Source of the DNA: Azolla caroliniana
Taxonomy: Eukaryota; Plantae; Polypodiophyta
DNA length: 64,000 nucleotides
Direction: 5' to 3'
Assembly: GCA_043228905.1 (NCBI GenBank)
Contig: JBHGNT010000013.1
Location: 20,150,001 to 20,214,000, forward strand
How positions within the stretch are numbered: the first letter of the stretch is position 1; every line of letters begins with the position of its first letter. The notes below the pieces were generated by a model. The model worked only from the letters and a program-made list of their open reading frames with translations. It was not told the origin of the DNA and ran no database searches. Below are positions 11,171 through 24,293 of this stretch, in pieces. The position numbers were made by a program, and so were the translations under genes.

Positions 11171-13579
11171 GCGTTTCGCACCAGATATGAGCACTTCGAG
11201 TATACGGTCATGCCATTCGGCCGCACTAATGCGCCAGCAATCTTCCAGCACATGGCAAATGATATATTCCGAGATCTCTTGGATGTTTGTTTGATCATCT
11301 ATTTGGATGATCTACTGGTTTATTCAAAGACCCAAGAAGAGCATGATTCTCATGTACTCTTAGTACTAAAACGACTTCAAGAACATGGTCTTTATGCAAA
11401 GCTGGAAAATTGTAGTTTTGGGTGCAACCAGGTGGAATTTCTGAGCTATGTCATCTCCTCGGAAGGCATCTCCATGGATCTAGCTAAGGTCAAAACGGTG
11501 GTAGAGTGGCAAACTCCGCGTTCATTGCGAGATGTGCAATGTTTTTTAGGCTTTGCCAATTTCCACCGCAAGTTTATACATGATTACTCAAAGCTTGTTC
11601 TACCTCTCACACAACTTACTAAGAAGGGACAATCGTTCGTTTGGTCTAAAGAAGCGGACATGGCTTTAGAGAATCTTGAGAAAGCATTTACATCGGCTCC
11701 TATTCTAGCTCACGTTGATCCGGAAAAACCATTCATCATGGAAGCAGACACGTCAGATTTTGCATTGGGTAGCATTCTGTCACAACAAGGTAATGATGAA
11801 AAGCTACAGCCTGTGGCATTCCACTCACGCAAGTTTGACGCCGCTGAAATCAACTATGAAATTCATGATAAGGAGTTATTAGCAATAGTGGACTCTTTTA
11901 CACAATGGAGGCCTTTTCTAGAGGGATGCTCTCATCAAGTCATTGTATTCAGTGATCACAAAAACCTTGCCTACTTTCAGAGTGCTCGTGTGTTAAATCA
12001 ACATCAAGCTCGGTGGGCTCAATTCCTCACGTGTTTCGACCTCAAAATTACATATTTTCCGGGGAAGCACCAAGGGAAGGCAGATGCATTATCACTACGT
12101 TCATATCTAGCATCGCGTCCTAGCGAGCCAGCTTTCGATAACCAAAAGCAAGTAATCTTGGGACCGGCACGACTGCAAGCAACACAAGTCTTCAGCATGC
12201 CCTTGGATTCCCACGTTATCAATACCATACGTGAGGACTTGAAGACAGATGCTTTCGCCCAAGCCATTCTAGCACAAATTGATCCCTCTCTAACATCTTG
12301 TTCACTGTCGCAACAACCAGGTACGGACTATCAACAATTCGAATGTCATGATGGATTACTATTCTTTAAGAAACTCTTGTATGTTCCTAATGGTTCGTGC
12401 CGCCTTCGAGTAGTTCAAAACTGTCATGGCACATATATAGTTGGGCATTTTGGTAGTACTAAGGCATTAGTTTTTGTACAACGATCATTCTAGTGTCCCT
12501 GTATGCAACAATTTGTCGAAGATTTTGTTTGGACTTGTGATACATGTTGCAGAGCAAAAATGCCAAGGCATCATCTATATGGTTTATTAGAACCATTACC
12601 AATTCCAAGCAAGCCGTGGCAATCCATTGCTCTAGATTTCATCACAGATCTTCCGGTCTCTAAGGGATTCAATGCAATTTTAACAGTAGTAGATCGATAT
12701 ACGAAGATGGCTCATTTCCTGCCATGTACTAAGGAAATCTCCAGTGAAGAAACTATTGAAATTGTCATGCATGAAGTATGTCAACATCATGGCCTTCCTG
12801 ATAATATCATCAGCGACTGTGGACCCCAGTTCGTCTCGAAATTCTGGAAGCACCTTTTTAAAATGCTCAAGGTCACTTGTAACCTCTCCTCCGACTACCA
12901 CCCACAAACTGACGGCCAAGTATAACGAACAAATCAAACGCTGGAGCAGTATCTTCGGTGCTTTCTAAGCTATCATCAAGATGACTGGGCGGATATTCTC
13001 CACTTCACCGAATTTGCCTATAATAACTCTGTCCACTCATCGACTAAAGTTACACCATTTTATGCTTATACGGGTTGTCACCCCCGGTGATGTGTATTTA
13101 AAACCCCATAGTTACCCACAAATCCTTGCGCAGAGGATCGTTTGGAGCTGTTACGCAAGATACAAGCAAATTTATCTACTCATCTACAGCAAGCTCAACA
13201 AACACACAAGGTTTACGCGGATCGTCATTGGCTTCCATCCAATTTTAACATTGGAGATCGAGTATGGCTACTACGACGACACATCAACACTACTCGCCCA
13301 TGCGAGAAGTTGGTGACGAGAGCTACACGCTCCCTATACACAACACTCGGCCAAAACCGAGCTTAGAATCATACACAGAAAACGGGAAATAAATGCATGA
13401 CACAGTGAAGAGAAGAGTACACAGGATGTTTACGTGGAAAACCCAAACTAGAGAAAAACCACGGCAGCCCACAGGCTGCAAACTATCACTATGTTAGAAT
13501 GTACAACAGTGAGTTCACAGAGGCAACAACCTCGTGCTCACGATCTTTGCCACAGGCGGCAGTTTCAACAGAGGCAACG

Positions 13580-13624
<45 letters not shown>

Positions 13625-13792
13625 CACGGTTACGCGCTATCTCTCTTCTTGCACCAACAAGAATAACAACAACTCCTAAAAGTTTGCCCTAAGTCATATT
13701 TATACTAATATGACTTTTCGGCTATTTACAAATATAGCCACGATGGACTCTCAAAAACATATTTACGAATATGTCTCTTCATCCGGTGAGCA

Positions 13793-13950
13793 CTCCTCAC
13801 CGGGTCTACACCATCCGGCTCTCCGTAGCCGGGTACTCCTCATCCGCTCCTCACCAGGTCTGCACCATCCGGCTCTCCGTAGCCGGGTACTCCTCATCCG
13901 GTTCTCACCGGGTCTGCACCATCCGGCTCTTCGTAGCCGGGTACTCGTCA
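13793..13950. repeat. 54-bp CCGG-rich tandem repeat, ~3 copies, in the Copia A 3' LTR
   Basis: Unit CTCCTCACCGGGTCTGCACCATCCGGCTCTCCGTAGCCGGGTACTCCTCATCCG. Confidence 0.9.
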
Positions 13951-14053
13951 TACAATTTCGGCCTCGGCCTATCGGCCTCAGCCGAGTTTGTTCATCAACA
14001 CTGTTCTTCTCCCTTCCCATCCGGAGGGACCTGTCTCCCAACAAACTCCCCCT

Positions 14054-17000
14054 TCACTCCAGCATGGGGTGTCTTATTAGTCCGATCCTCTTCCGGCATG
14101 CATCCAGCTTGTCGGGTATCAGAACTTTGGTCAGCATATCTGACCCGTTCTCAGCCGTGTGGATCTTTGTCAGTGAGAACTCCTGGTCATCTACTCTTTC
14201 CCGGATCCGGTGATATCTTCGCTGGATATGCTTCGTCTGGGAATGGTAGGCCGCATTCTTAGCAAGATGGATGGCACTTTGACTGTCGCAATAGAGCCGG
14301 TATTCATCTTGCCGGATACCGAGCTCTCCAATGAAGTCCTTCATCCATAATATTTCCTTGCCGGCTTCCACAGTCGCCATGTACTCCGCCTCCGTGGTTG
14401 ACAATGCAACTGTCTTCTGTAGCCTCAACTGCCACGAGACAGCTCCCCCTGCATATGTCATTACATACCCGGATATAGACCGGCCGGTATCCACATCAGC
14501 CGACATGTCCAAATCGGTGAAACCGTCAAGTTGAGGTTTTCCGGAGCCGAATCGGAGACACATATTTGAAGTGCCCTTCAAATACCAGAGTATCCATTTG
14601 ACCGCGTTCCAGTGCTCCTTGCCTGGATTGCTCATAAACCGGCTCACCACTCCGACTGCGTATCCTATATCCGGTCGGGTACACACCATTGCGTACATCA
14701 AGCTCCCAACGGCAGAGGCATATGGAATCTTCATCATGTCCGCCTTCTCTGCTTTCGTCTTCGGGCTTTGCTTACCGGATAGCTTGCAGTTTGCCGGAAG
14801 TGTCGATCCGACCGGTTTCGCATCTGACATGTTGAACCGGTGAAGCACCTTTGTCATGTACTTCTCTTGTGACAACCATAATTGCTTCACTGACTGGTTC
14901 CGGATAATATGCATCCCCAGTATCTGTCTTGCCGGACCCAAGTCTTTCATTGAGAAGGTCCGGTTGAGGGCCTTCTTCAGCATCCGTATTTTGACTTGGT
15001 CCCGTCCGACGATCCACATGTCATCCACGTACAGAAGGAGTATCAGGAAGTCGCCTCCTTCAAACTTCTTCACAAACACGCAGTGATCAGCCTGCGTCTT
15101 GTGGTACCCTTGATCGGCCATGAAGGAGTCGAACTTCCAGTACCATTGTCGGGGAGCCTGCTTCAGTCCGTACAAGCTCTTCTTCAACCGGCATACCAGG
15201 TGCTCCTTCCCTTTCTCCACAAATCCCTCCAGTTGCTGTATGTAGATCTCCTCTTCGAGGTCGCCGTGAAGGAATGTCGTCTTCACGTCCAGTTGTTCTA
15301 CCTCGAGGTCCATGCTTGCCGCTATACTCAGCACCGTCCGAATGGAGGTCATCTTTACTACCGGGGCAAATATCTCGTCAAAGTCCACACCCTTTTTCTG
15401 CTGGAACCCCTTCACCACGATCCTGGCTTTGTATCTCGGGGGGGTTGCCGGCATCTCCCGGTTTCAACTTGTACACCCACTTGTTTCAGAGTGCCCGCTT
15501 TCCTTTCGGCAACTCCACCAATTCGTACGTATGGTTCTCATGTAGGGAATCCATCTCATCCTGCATGGCACTTAACCATTTGCGGTTGTGGGTGTCATCC
15601 TTCGCTTCTTCGAAGCATTCCGGCTCCCCCTCATCGGTCAGCAGAACATGCTCTGCATCCGGAAATCTCCGGGGCGCACTTCTCTCTCTGAGAGGATATC
15701 TCCGTCTTCGAGCTTCGGTAACCGGCTCCTCCATTTGCTCTTCATCCGAATCCGATTTGGGGTCTTGGCCGGTTCCGGTTTCAACTTCCTCTACTTCTTC
15801 TTCAGCATGTTCGGTATCCTCACTGTAACCGGTTGGTCCCTCGAGTGCTAACCGGTCTCTTGTCGGTTGGGTCTGCTCGTCGTAGAGTCAATCCTTACCA
15901 GTCGACTCGGAGTTCATTATCTTCTTCTCCGACTCCCAGTTGGCGAGCGTCTTGTCCTCCATGAAGATAATATCTCGACTCCGGAATACCTTCTTGTCGA
16001 CCAGGTCCCACACTCGGTAGCCGAACTCATCGTCGCCGTAACCGAGGAATATGCATGGCCGGGTCTTTGGATCCAACTTTCCTCTCCGGTCCTTAGCTAC
16101 ATGCACGTACGCGAGACACCCGAATACCTTCAGATGCCGGTAGGATACTTCCTTACTGGTCCAGACTCTCTGTGGCGTGTCTCTGTCCAAGGGTACTGAG
16201 GGTGATCTATTTATCACATATGTCGTCGTTGACAATGCCTCAGCCCAAAACTTCTTGGGTAGTTTTGCATGCGCTAGCATACTCCGGACCCTCTCCATTA
16301 TGGTCTGGTTCATCCTCTCAGCCAATCCGTTTAGTTCCGGCATCTTTGGCATGGTAAATTCGAGCCGGATTCCCTTCGAGCGGTAGTGCACCTCAAATTG
16401 CCCCCGGTATTCTCCTCCGTTATCTGCTCGAACCGCCTTTAGCTTCCAGCCGGTTTCTCTTTCCATTCTCGCGTGGAGCTCTTTCAAGACGGATAGCACC
16501 TGATCCTTCGTCTTCAACGGTGTGGCCCACAGCTTCCGGCTGTGGTCATCTATGAACGTCACGAAGTACTGCGCTCCGGCATGTGCCTTCGTGTCTACTT
16601 GACACACATCCGTATGCACCAACTCCAGTGGTGCATTACGTCTCATCGGTGGCCTTGGTCGGAAGGAGGTCCGGTTTTGCTTACAGGCCAGACAATTAGT
16701 GCACTTCTCCAAGTGCACGTTCTTCACTGGAATGAGGTTGTCGTCTGCAAGCCTCTTCATCCCCTTCTCGCTCATATGACACAGCCTCTTGTGCCACAGC
16801 TCACCGGCAGTGTCGGATGCCACGTTCACTTCTTCCGGACATAACCGGGCATTCATCAGGTACAGTGTGTTGACCTTCCGGGCCCGAGCCACAATCAGGC
16901 TCCCTTTGCTGAACTTCATGACACCATTCCGGATGCTACCCGTGTAACCTTCATCATCTAGCCGACCGGCAGATATCAGGTTCAGACGAACCTCCGGAAC

Positions 17001-18101
17001 GTGTCGGACATCCTTCAGCAGCAACTTGCATCCGGTTGGTGTTGACAGTCACACGTCTCCTATGCCGACAATTCGGCATGTACCTTCATTCCCCATCCGG
17101 ACACAGCCGTGATCACCAGTTGAGTAGGATGAGAAGCATTTCCGGTCCGGGGTAAGGTGGAACAATGCTTCGGAGTCTACCACCTAGGTCATCTCGTCGC
17201 CGGCAAGGTTTATCTCACTCTCCTCGGTGATGAGCATCAACTCTTCTTCACTTGCCGCGATTGCCGTCGTCCCCTTCCGGTCCGGTCCCCTCCGGTCTTT
17301 ACTGTTCCGGTCCGGTATCCGCTTCGAATCGCTACCGTCGGTTTCCTTATCCTTTCGGAAATGCCGACAGTTCTTCTGGAAGTGTCCCGGCTTACCGCAA
17401 TAGAAGCAAGTAGGTCTTCCCCTTGACTTTGACCGTGTCCCCGACTTTTCCCGGTTATGGGGACTACGGTTTCTTTGTCTTCCGCGTTCCGATTCGGTAA
17501 GGAGCGCTTTGGAGTCGGAGCTCGTATCTTTATCTTTCCGACGCACCTCCTCATCTAGCAAGCTCGACTTTACTCTTGCTAGGGATAACCGTTTCCCTTC
17601 CGGCCCAGCGTTGCCCAAAGTGACAACCAACGTCTCCCAGCTATCCGGGAGGGAACCGAGCAGGAGTAGCGCTAGTACCTCGTCGGCGAGAGGTACTTCC
17701 AATGATGTTGCCTGGTGTATCAGCCCCTGGAAGGCATTCATGTGCTCCGCCATGCTGGAGCCATCTTGGTACCGGAGTCTTACTAGCTTCCGGAATACCG
17801 AAACCTGATTAACGGCATTTTTGTTTTGAAACATTATGCCGATCTTCTCCCAGAGCTCGTGAGCCTTGCTTTCTTCATTGAAGTTGTTGTACAGGCTCAT
17901 GTCGATGAAGCACCATATGTACGTCGTTGTCTTCATGTACATCACCTCCCATATCGCGGTGTCGATTTTGTCCGGTCTCTTGTCCCCGAACTGAACCGGC
18001 AGCCAGAGGTCTTTAACCACGAGCATGTCCCTCATCTTCGACTTCCACACCGAATAGTTGGAGCCGGTGAGCTTGAACATGCCTCCCAACGAATCGTCCA
18101 T
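14054..18101 (-). pseudogene. Copia A gag-pol (disrupted)
   Basis: gag 17184-18101 (CFYCGKPGHFQKNC), GAG-pre-integrase/integrase 15888-17024 and RT/RNase H 14054-15454 (YVDD); stops and frameshifts between them. Confidence 0.92.
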
Positions 18102-18398
18102 TTTCTATGTCGTTTCGCTCTGATACCACTTGACGAGAGCTGCACGCTCCCTATACGCAACGCTCGGCCACAACCGAGCTTAGAATCATACACAGAAAAC
18201 GGGAAATAAATGCACAACACAGTGAAGAGAAGAGTACACAGGATGTTTACGTGGAAAACCCAAACTAGGGAAAAACCACGGCAGCCCACAGGCTGCAAAC
18301 TATCACTATGTTAGAGTGTACAACAGTGAGTTCACGGAGGCAACAACCTCGTGCTCACGATCTTCGCCACAGGCGGCAGTTTCAACAGAGGCAACGAC

Positions 18399-18439
<41 letters not shown>

Positions 18440-18607
18440 CACGGTTACGCGCTATCTCTCTTCTTGCACCAACAAGAATAACAACAACTCCTAAAAGTTT
18501 GCCCTAAGTCATATTTATACTAATATGATTTTTCGGCTATTTACAAATATAGCCACGATGGACTCTCAAAAACATATTTACGAATATGTCTCTTCATCCG
18601 GTGAGCA

Positions 18608-18822
18608 CTCCTCACCGGGTCTGCACCATCCGGCTCTCCATAGCCGGGTACTCCTCATCCGCTCCTCACCGGGTCTACACCATCCGGCTCTCCGTAGCCG
18701 GGTACTCCTCATCCGCTCCTCACCGGGTCTGCACCATCCGGCTCTCCGTAGCCAGGTACTCCTCATCCGCTCCTCACCAGGTTTGCACCATCTGGCTCTC
18801 CGTAGCCGAGTACTCGTCATAC
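18608..18822. repeat. 54-bp tandem repeat, ~4 copies, in the Copia A 5' LTR
   Basis: Same unit; one extra copy accounts for most of the 782 vs 730 bp LTR length difference. Confidence 0.9.
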
Positions 18823-19905
18823 GGTTTCGGCCTCGGTCTATCGGCCTCAGCCGAGTTTGTTCATCAGCACTGTTCTTCTCCCTTCCCATCCGGAGGGACC
18901 TGTCTCCTAACAGTTGGATTATCGGCGATTAGGTCCTTTCTATATTATCAGAAAGATTAATGATGTCTCTTTTCATCTCGATCCACCCCCGCAACTTTGC
19001 GTACATCCGGTGTTTCATAGTTCTCTCCTCGAACCCTATCAAGACAGCACCATCCCAGGACGTATTCCACAACCTCCACCCCTGATCGAACTTGAAGATG
19101 GACCTGAGTACGAGGTTGCCGCCATCCTCGATTCCAAGATTGTTCATAACAAGCTCTACTATTTAGTCGATTGGCTAGGATATAGTCCTAGCAAGCGTAC
19201 TTGGGAACCAATAGAGAATGTGACCAATGCTTGAACTCTTCTTGAAGACTTCCATCGTCAATATCCAGATAAACCGGGTCCTCAATCCAAAACGACTCGT
19301 GACACAAATCGTTTTAAAGGGGGGATAGTGTCATGATATGGCAAGACTCAAACCCATGATCTTATGTTACATGGGTTGAGCTCTTGACCATTACACTATC
19401 TATTGTAATACGTGTTGAAGACAAGGCCGTCAATGCGGAAGATCAAGTAGCATTCGATTGGGGTTGAGTACCTGTGTATGACAGTTTCCAAGATCGTGCA
19501 CAGAGATAGAGAGAGAGAGAGAGAAGGCACAAAAGACTCTTTCTATTCAATAGAAACAATAATACAACCAACCTTACAAAAAGGTTACTAGGTCACTTTA
19601 TATAGTGACAAACTTAGGGCAACTACCATTTATGCTAATTACACAAATGACCCAAACTTGAGCTATACAAAGGGATAGTGTGAATACGTCCATTATACAC
19701 TTGTATTCGACACTCCCCCGTAATGGGCGTATACATGGGTTATCTAAGATCACAGGTATAAACCTAGGTTCTCGGACATATCAGTTTTGTTCGAGTCGGC
19801 AGGGTCCGAAGGCAGAAGACCGGACTGGTCGGGTCGGAAGAGTTGAAGCCGATCATTAGGGAACTGATGTCGGTTGTCTGAAACCATCCTGCGCTGTGTC
19901 CGGCT

Positions 19906-22900
19906 CTAACCGGACTGGTTTGTCGTTACACCCATCTGATGCCGAAGGGACCGAAAGCGGTCTGCCGAAAGACACTTGGTCATTCCATCTGCGACATTGT
20001 CGGTTGTGGATATTTTCTCTAGACCGATTTTCCCTGAAATGACGCAGTCCCGAACGAAGTGATATCGAACGTCGATATGTTTGGAGGCGTTGTGGTGAAC
20101 CGGATTTTTCGACAAGGCAACAGCACCTTGACTGTCGCTATAGACAACTGGGGCCGAGTCATGGTCGACTTGTCGAAACGTGTGCGCCAGCCGGCCGAGC
20201 CACAAAGCTTCTTTTGCAGCGTCGGACGCAGCTACATATTCTGCTTCGGTCGTTGAGGTCGCTGTGCACTCCTGAAGTTTCGACTTCCATGAAATTGCTC
20301 CATTGCCGAATTTGAAGCAGTATCCGGTTGTTGATTTCCGACTGTCTATACAGCCGGCGAAGTCCGAGTCGGTGTAACCGACAACGCCTGAGGTTGAGTT
20401 CGGACCGAAAAGAATGTCGTGGTCTTTTGTGCCAGCCAGATATTTGAACACATGCTTGACTGCGTTCCAATGCGATCGGCCAGGATTGTGCATAAATCTG
20501 CTAACGACTCCTACGGCATGAGAAATATCAGGCCGTGTCGCGACCATCAGGTACATAAGGGAGCCGACTGCCGGTGCATACGGTACCGACTTCATATCTT
20601 CCCCCTCCGGACCGGATGTCGGGCAGTCTCGCTGAGAGAGCCGAAGATTCATGGGGAGCGGGGTTGAAGCAGATTTGGCTGATTGCATGTTGAAGCGTTC
20701 CAAGACACGTCCGATATAGTCGGTCTGAGACAAAAAAAGATGTCGTTTATCGCGATGCCGACTAATCTTCATGCCAAGTATGTGTCGTGCCGGACCGAGG
20801 TCCTTCATGGCAAACTTCAACCGCAATTGGCGAATGAGATCGGCAAGTTCGCCCGCGTGGCGTCCAGAAATTAGCATGTCGTCCACGTAAATGATGAGGA
20901 AGATGGGTGATCCATCTTGAGCTGTGTTGGTAAAAAGACAATGGTCCTCATCGCTTTTGGAGAAGCCGATCGATTGGATGAAGTCGTCGAACTTCTTGTA
21001 CCATTGTCGCGGTGCCTGTTTGAGGCCGTATAGACTCTTCCTGAGTCGGCAGACTAGATGTTCTTGACCAGTTGCCACGAAGCCTTTTGGCTGCTCCATA
21101 TAAATTTCCTCTTCAAGATCACCATGGAGGAAGGCTGTTTTGACATCTAGCTGAATCAGCTCCAAGTTGTCGGCTGCCACTACGCCGAGTAGAAAACGAA
21201 GGGTTGTCATTTTCACCACTGGTGAAAAAATCTCGTCGAAGTCGACGCCATATTCTTGTCGGAAGCCCTTCGCAACTAATCTGGCCTTGTACTTTGGGGT
21301 GGTCGAATCAGACGTCTCTTTTAGTCGATAAACCCACTTGCAAGGAAGAGCACGTCGATTCTTAGGTAATTCGACCAGATCCCAAGTCTTGTTTGCCCGA
21401 ATGGAGTGCATTTCCGACTCCATCGCCAGATGCCAGGTGGCTGAATCGACAGATGTCGATGCTTCTTCGTAAGACGTCGGTTCGCCGGCGTCGGTGAAGA
21501 AAATTCCAGGAGAATACCTCTCCGGAGGTTGCGACAGTCTCTCGGATCGTCGAGGTATAATTGGACTGGTCGTATCGGGTATCGAGGTCGGATGGTCCGA
21601 AAGCGGATTATTCTGCTGTGCCGAGTCAGAGTTGTCCGAGTCGGTAGTGGAAGGTTCAGCTACCCGTGAAGCTGACCGTGTGTTAAGAGCGGGGCCTTCT
21701 TGAAGGGTCGGCACATCGGAAAATGTTACCCTTCGGACTTCGATCGGTGTTTTGACTGATGGATTCATAGCCGACTCGTTGAACACAACGTCCGAACTTC
21801 GAACGATTTGTCTGCGTTCAGGGTCCCAGAGTCGGTATCCCATTTCGCCGTCTGATCCATATCCAAGGAAAATGCATTTCCTGGACCGAGGTGCAAGTTT
21901 TCGGCGATCATCTTTCGGAATAAGGGCGTACGCCTCGCATCCGAAGATCCTCAGCTTGTCGTAATTCGGCTTACTGCCGATCCATAGTTCCTGAGGAATT
22001 TGAAGTCCTAGAGGTCTGCTTGGCGACATATTGATTATGTGTACTACCGTGAGTAGAGCCTCTGCCCAGAAGCCATCCGACAGTCCGGAGTGTTGGAGCA
22101 TGGAAACTATCCGTTCTTGGATTGTCCGATTCATGCGTTCTGCAATCCCGTTTTGCTCCGGACTGTGTGGTGCCGTAAATTCACGTCGGATGCCGCGTTG
22201 TCGGCAGAATTTGACGAATTCTTCTGATTTGAACTCTCCCCCATTGTCGGTCCGAAAGCATTTCAGTTTTCGGTCAGTTTGATTTTCTACCATAGCGAGC
22301 CAATCGGAGAAGATCGAGAAGACACGATCTTTGGTGCGAATTGGATAAGCCCACACCTTTCGAGTCGAATCGTCAATAAAACGGACGAAGTAAGAGGCAC
22401 CGCCGAGAGACTGATGCGGCATTGGGCCACAGACGTCCGAGTGGACTAAATCGAGAGGTCTCGTTTCTCTTGGTGCTGATGTCGGGTGTGATGCGGCTGC
22501 TTGTTTGCCATACTGGCAATGTTCGCAGAATTGATGGTCCGAGAAGGAGAGTTTAGGGATGTATCCGGCTCTAGATAGGTGCGTAATGCCGGCCTTGCTG
22601 AGGTGTCCTAATCTTCTGTGCCATAGTGATGACACAGGAATATCCACCAAAAACAGGTTACCCTCTCTGAGCGTAACATGTAACGGATACAGTGAGTGTA
22701 TCTTGGGTCCTCTAGCAAGCAGGAGGTTCCCCCTGTGGAGTGTCCACCCTCCCGAAGAAAAACCGGCACGAATGCCGTCTTCGTCTAGTTGTCCGACTGA
22801 GATCAATGGCCTTGAGAGCTCGGGTACATGTCGGACATTGTGAAGTACAAGTGTAGAGCCACCTGCAAGGTTGAGCTCTACTGTGCCGATTCCAATGATG

Positions 22901-23937
22901 TCACAGTGTTGCGAGTTGCCGACTCGAACTGAGTCGGAGTGACGGATCGTATATTGCCGAAATTGGGATCGATGAGGAGTCACGTGAAATGACGCGCCCG
23001 AATCTAAGAGCCATGTGCTCGATTCTTCAGTCGTGAGCAGAACTTCTGATCCGACTGGATTTTCGATCGATAGTATATTCGGGTCGTTTGGTAGCACATC
23101 AGCTGAGAAGCTGACGTAGTTGATCTCCTCATGCCGGCCACTCTTCTTGTCTGATTTCTGAGACTTGTCGTTCTTGTTCTTGAGTGCGCGGCAGTCGGCT
23201 TTGATGTGTCCGGGTTTCTTGCAATAGTTGCAGATTCGATTATCCCGTGACTGGCTCCGTCTTCGTTGATTGTTCGGCTGCCGTGAGGAATCTCTTCCTC
23301 GTATGTTCGATCGTTCTGTCGAACCTTGTACTACATAAGCGTCGTCTGTTCAGTCTTTGGCGAAAGACTTTCTCCGAGCTGCTTCGGTCAGGATTGCGCT
23401 CGTGACTTCGGAGTATTTAACAGCCGTGGTTGACGCGTTGCACACGGTTGTGACGAAAGTTTCCCATGATGAGGGAAGGCTGCTCATGAGTATCATTGCT
23501 CTGAGTTCATCCTCGATTGCCGTCCCCTGAGATGAGATTTGGGAGCTTATGCTTTCGTACTCATTGAGATGTGCTTGAACCGAATCTGATTCTTTCATCC
23601 GCAAGTTGTAGAGGCGCCGAATCAGAAACATCTTCGTTGCAGCGACCTTCTTTTCGTAGGTGTCCGACAGTGTTTTCCACAGTTCGAATGCTGTCGTACA
23701 CGATTGCACCGTAAAGTATACCGATTCCGATAGGTGCATCCGAATCGTGGCGCGGACGATTCTGTCCAGCTTCTGCCACTCAATTGGTTTGTATCCTTCT
23801 GGAGGTTCTTCATTTTCGATGGGATCGATTTGCCCCTTGACTATGAGATAGTCCTGCATTTGCTCCTTCCAGAAGTTGAAGTTCGATCCATCGAACTTTC
23901 GTAGACTCATTTCTGACGAGCCGGATGTTGATGTCAT
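19906..23937 (-). CDS. Copia B gag-pol polyprotein, open except for one in-frame TGA at 23350-23352
   Basis: ORFs 23350-23937 and 19906-23097 share a frame, and the gap reads open through CNYCKKPGHIKADC. Protease WLLDSGAS, integrase, RT YVDD and RNase H motifs are intact. Confidence 0.92.
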
Positions 23938-24192
23938 GACTCTGCCCTAAGTCGGCTACGAACTTTGGTGAAGTGCAGCGGTTTGGCCCACTCAGAGTCG
24001 TTCTAGCCGAAGTTGGACACAAGTGATGTCGATTACGGAGAATCGGGGATTTGGTTCGGATTGACTACCGACAACTGTCTTAGTCGAGTTGAACCTAGAT
24101 TTAACGATCCGACAGTACTTCAAGCCGATTCGGTTTCGGTTGACTGCAACGGTGAGAGCAATGGAACCGACTGGTCCTTCCGATTATTGTCC

Positions 24193-24293
24193 AATCGAAT
24201 GAAACACGAACTGGGTTGTCCTTGAAGTCGTCGTTGTGCAGGAATCGAATGAAACACGAACTGGGGTTGTCCTTGAAGTCGTCGTTGTGCAGG
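24193..24293. repeat. ~50-bp tandem duplication in the Copia B leader
   Basis: AATCGAATGAAACACGAACTGGG...GTGCAGG present twice. Confidence 0.85.

Larger units (their letters stand above)
13314..18912 (-). mobile_element. Ty1/Copia element A inserted in the chromovirus integrase
   Basis: LTRs 13314-14043 and 18131-18912, TSD GTTGG, tRNA-iMet PBS 18117-18128 and PPT ~14046-14053; removal restores CEKLDYRRLGP. Confidence 0.95.
8215..19300 (+). pseudogene. Disrupted gag-pol of the chromovirus
   Basis: Gag with CLYCGGPGNIAVNC knuckle (9073-9357), protease ALQDSEA (9384-9803), RT YLDD and RNase H (11175-12493), integrase CDTC/DFITDLP (12503-13313) and chromodomain EYEVAAILDSK...YLVDWLGY...TWEP (18918-19234). 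Multiple stops and frameshifts. Confidence 0.9.

Noticed and set aside
13793-13950. Regular repeats suggestive of a CRISPR array
   Set aside because: Head-to-tail 54-bp units without unique spacers, inside an LTR of a eukaryotic genome.
13710-14262. ORFs with repeated SSPGLHHPALRSRVLLIR
   Set aside because: Translation of the LTR tandem repeat; no evidence of coding function.
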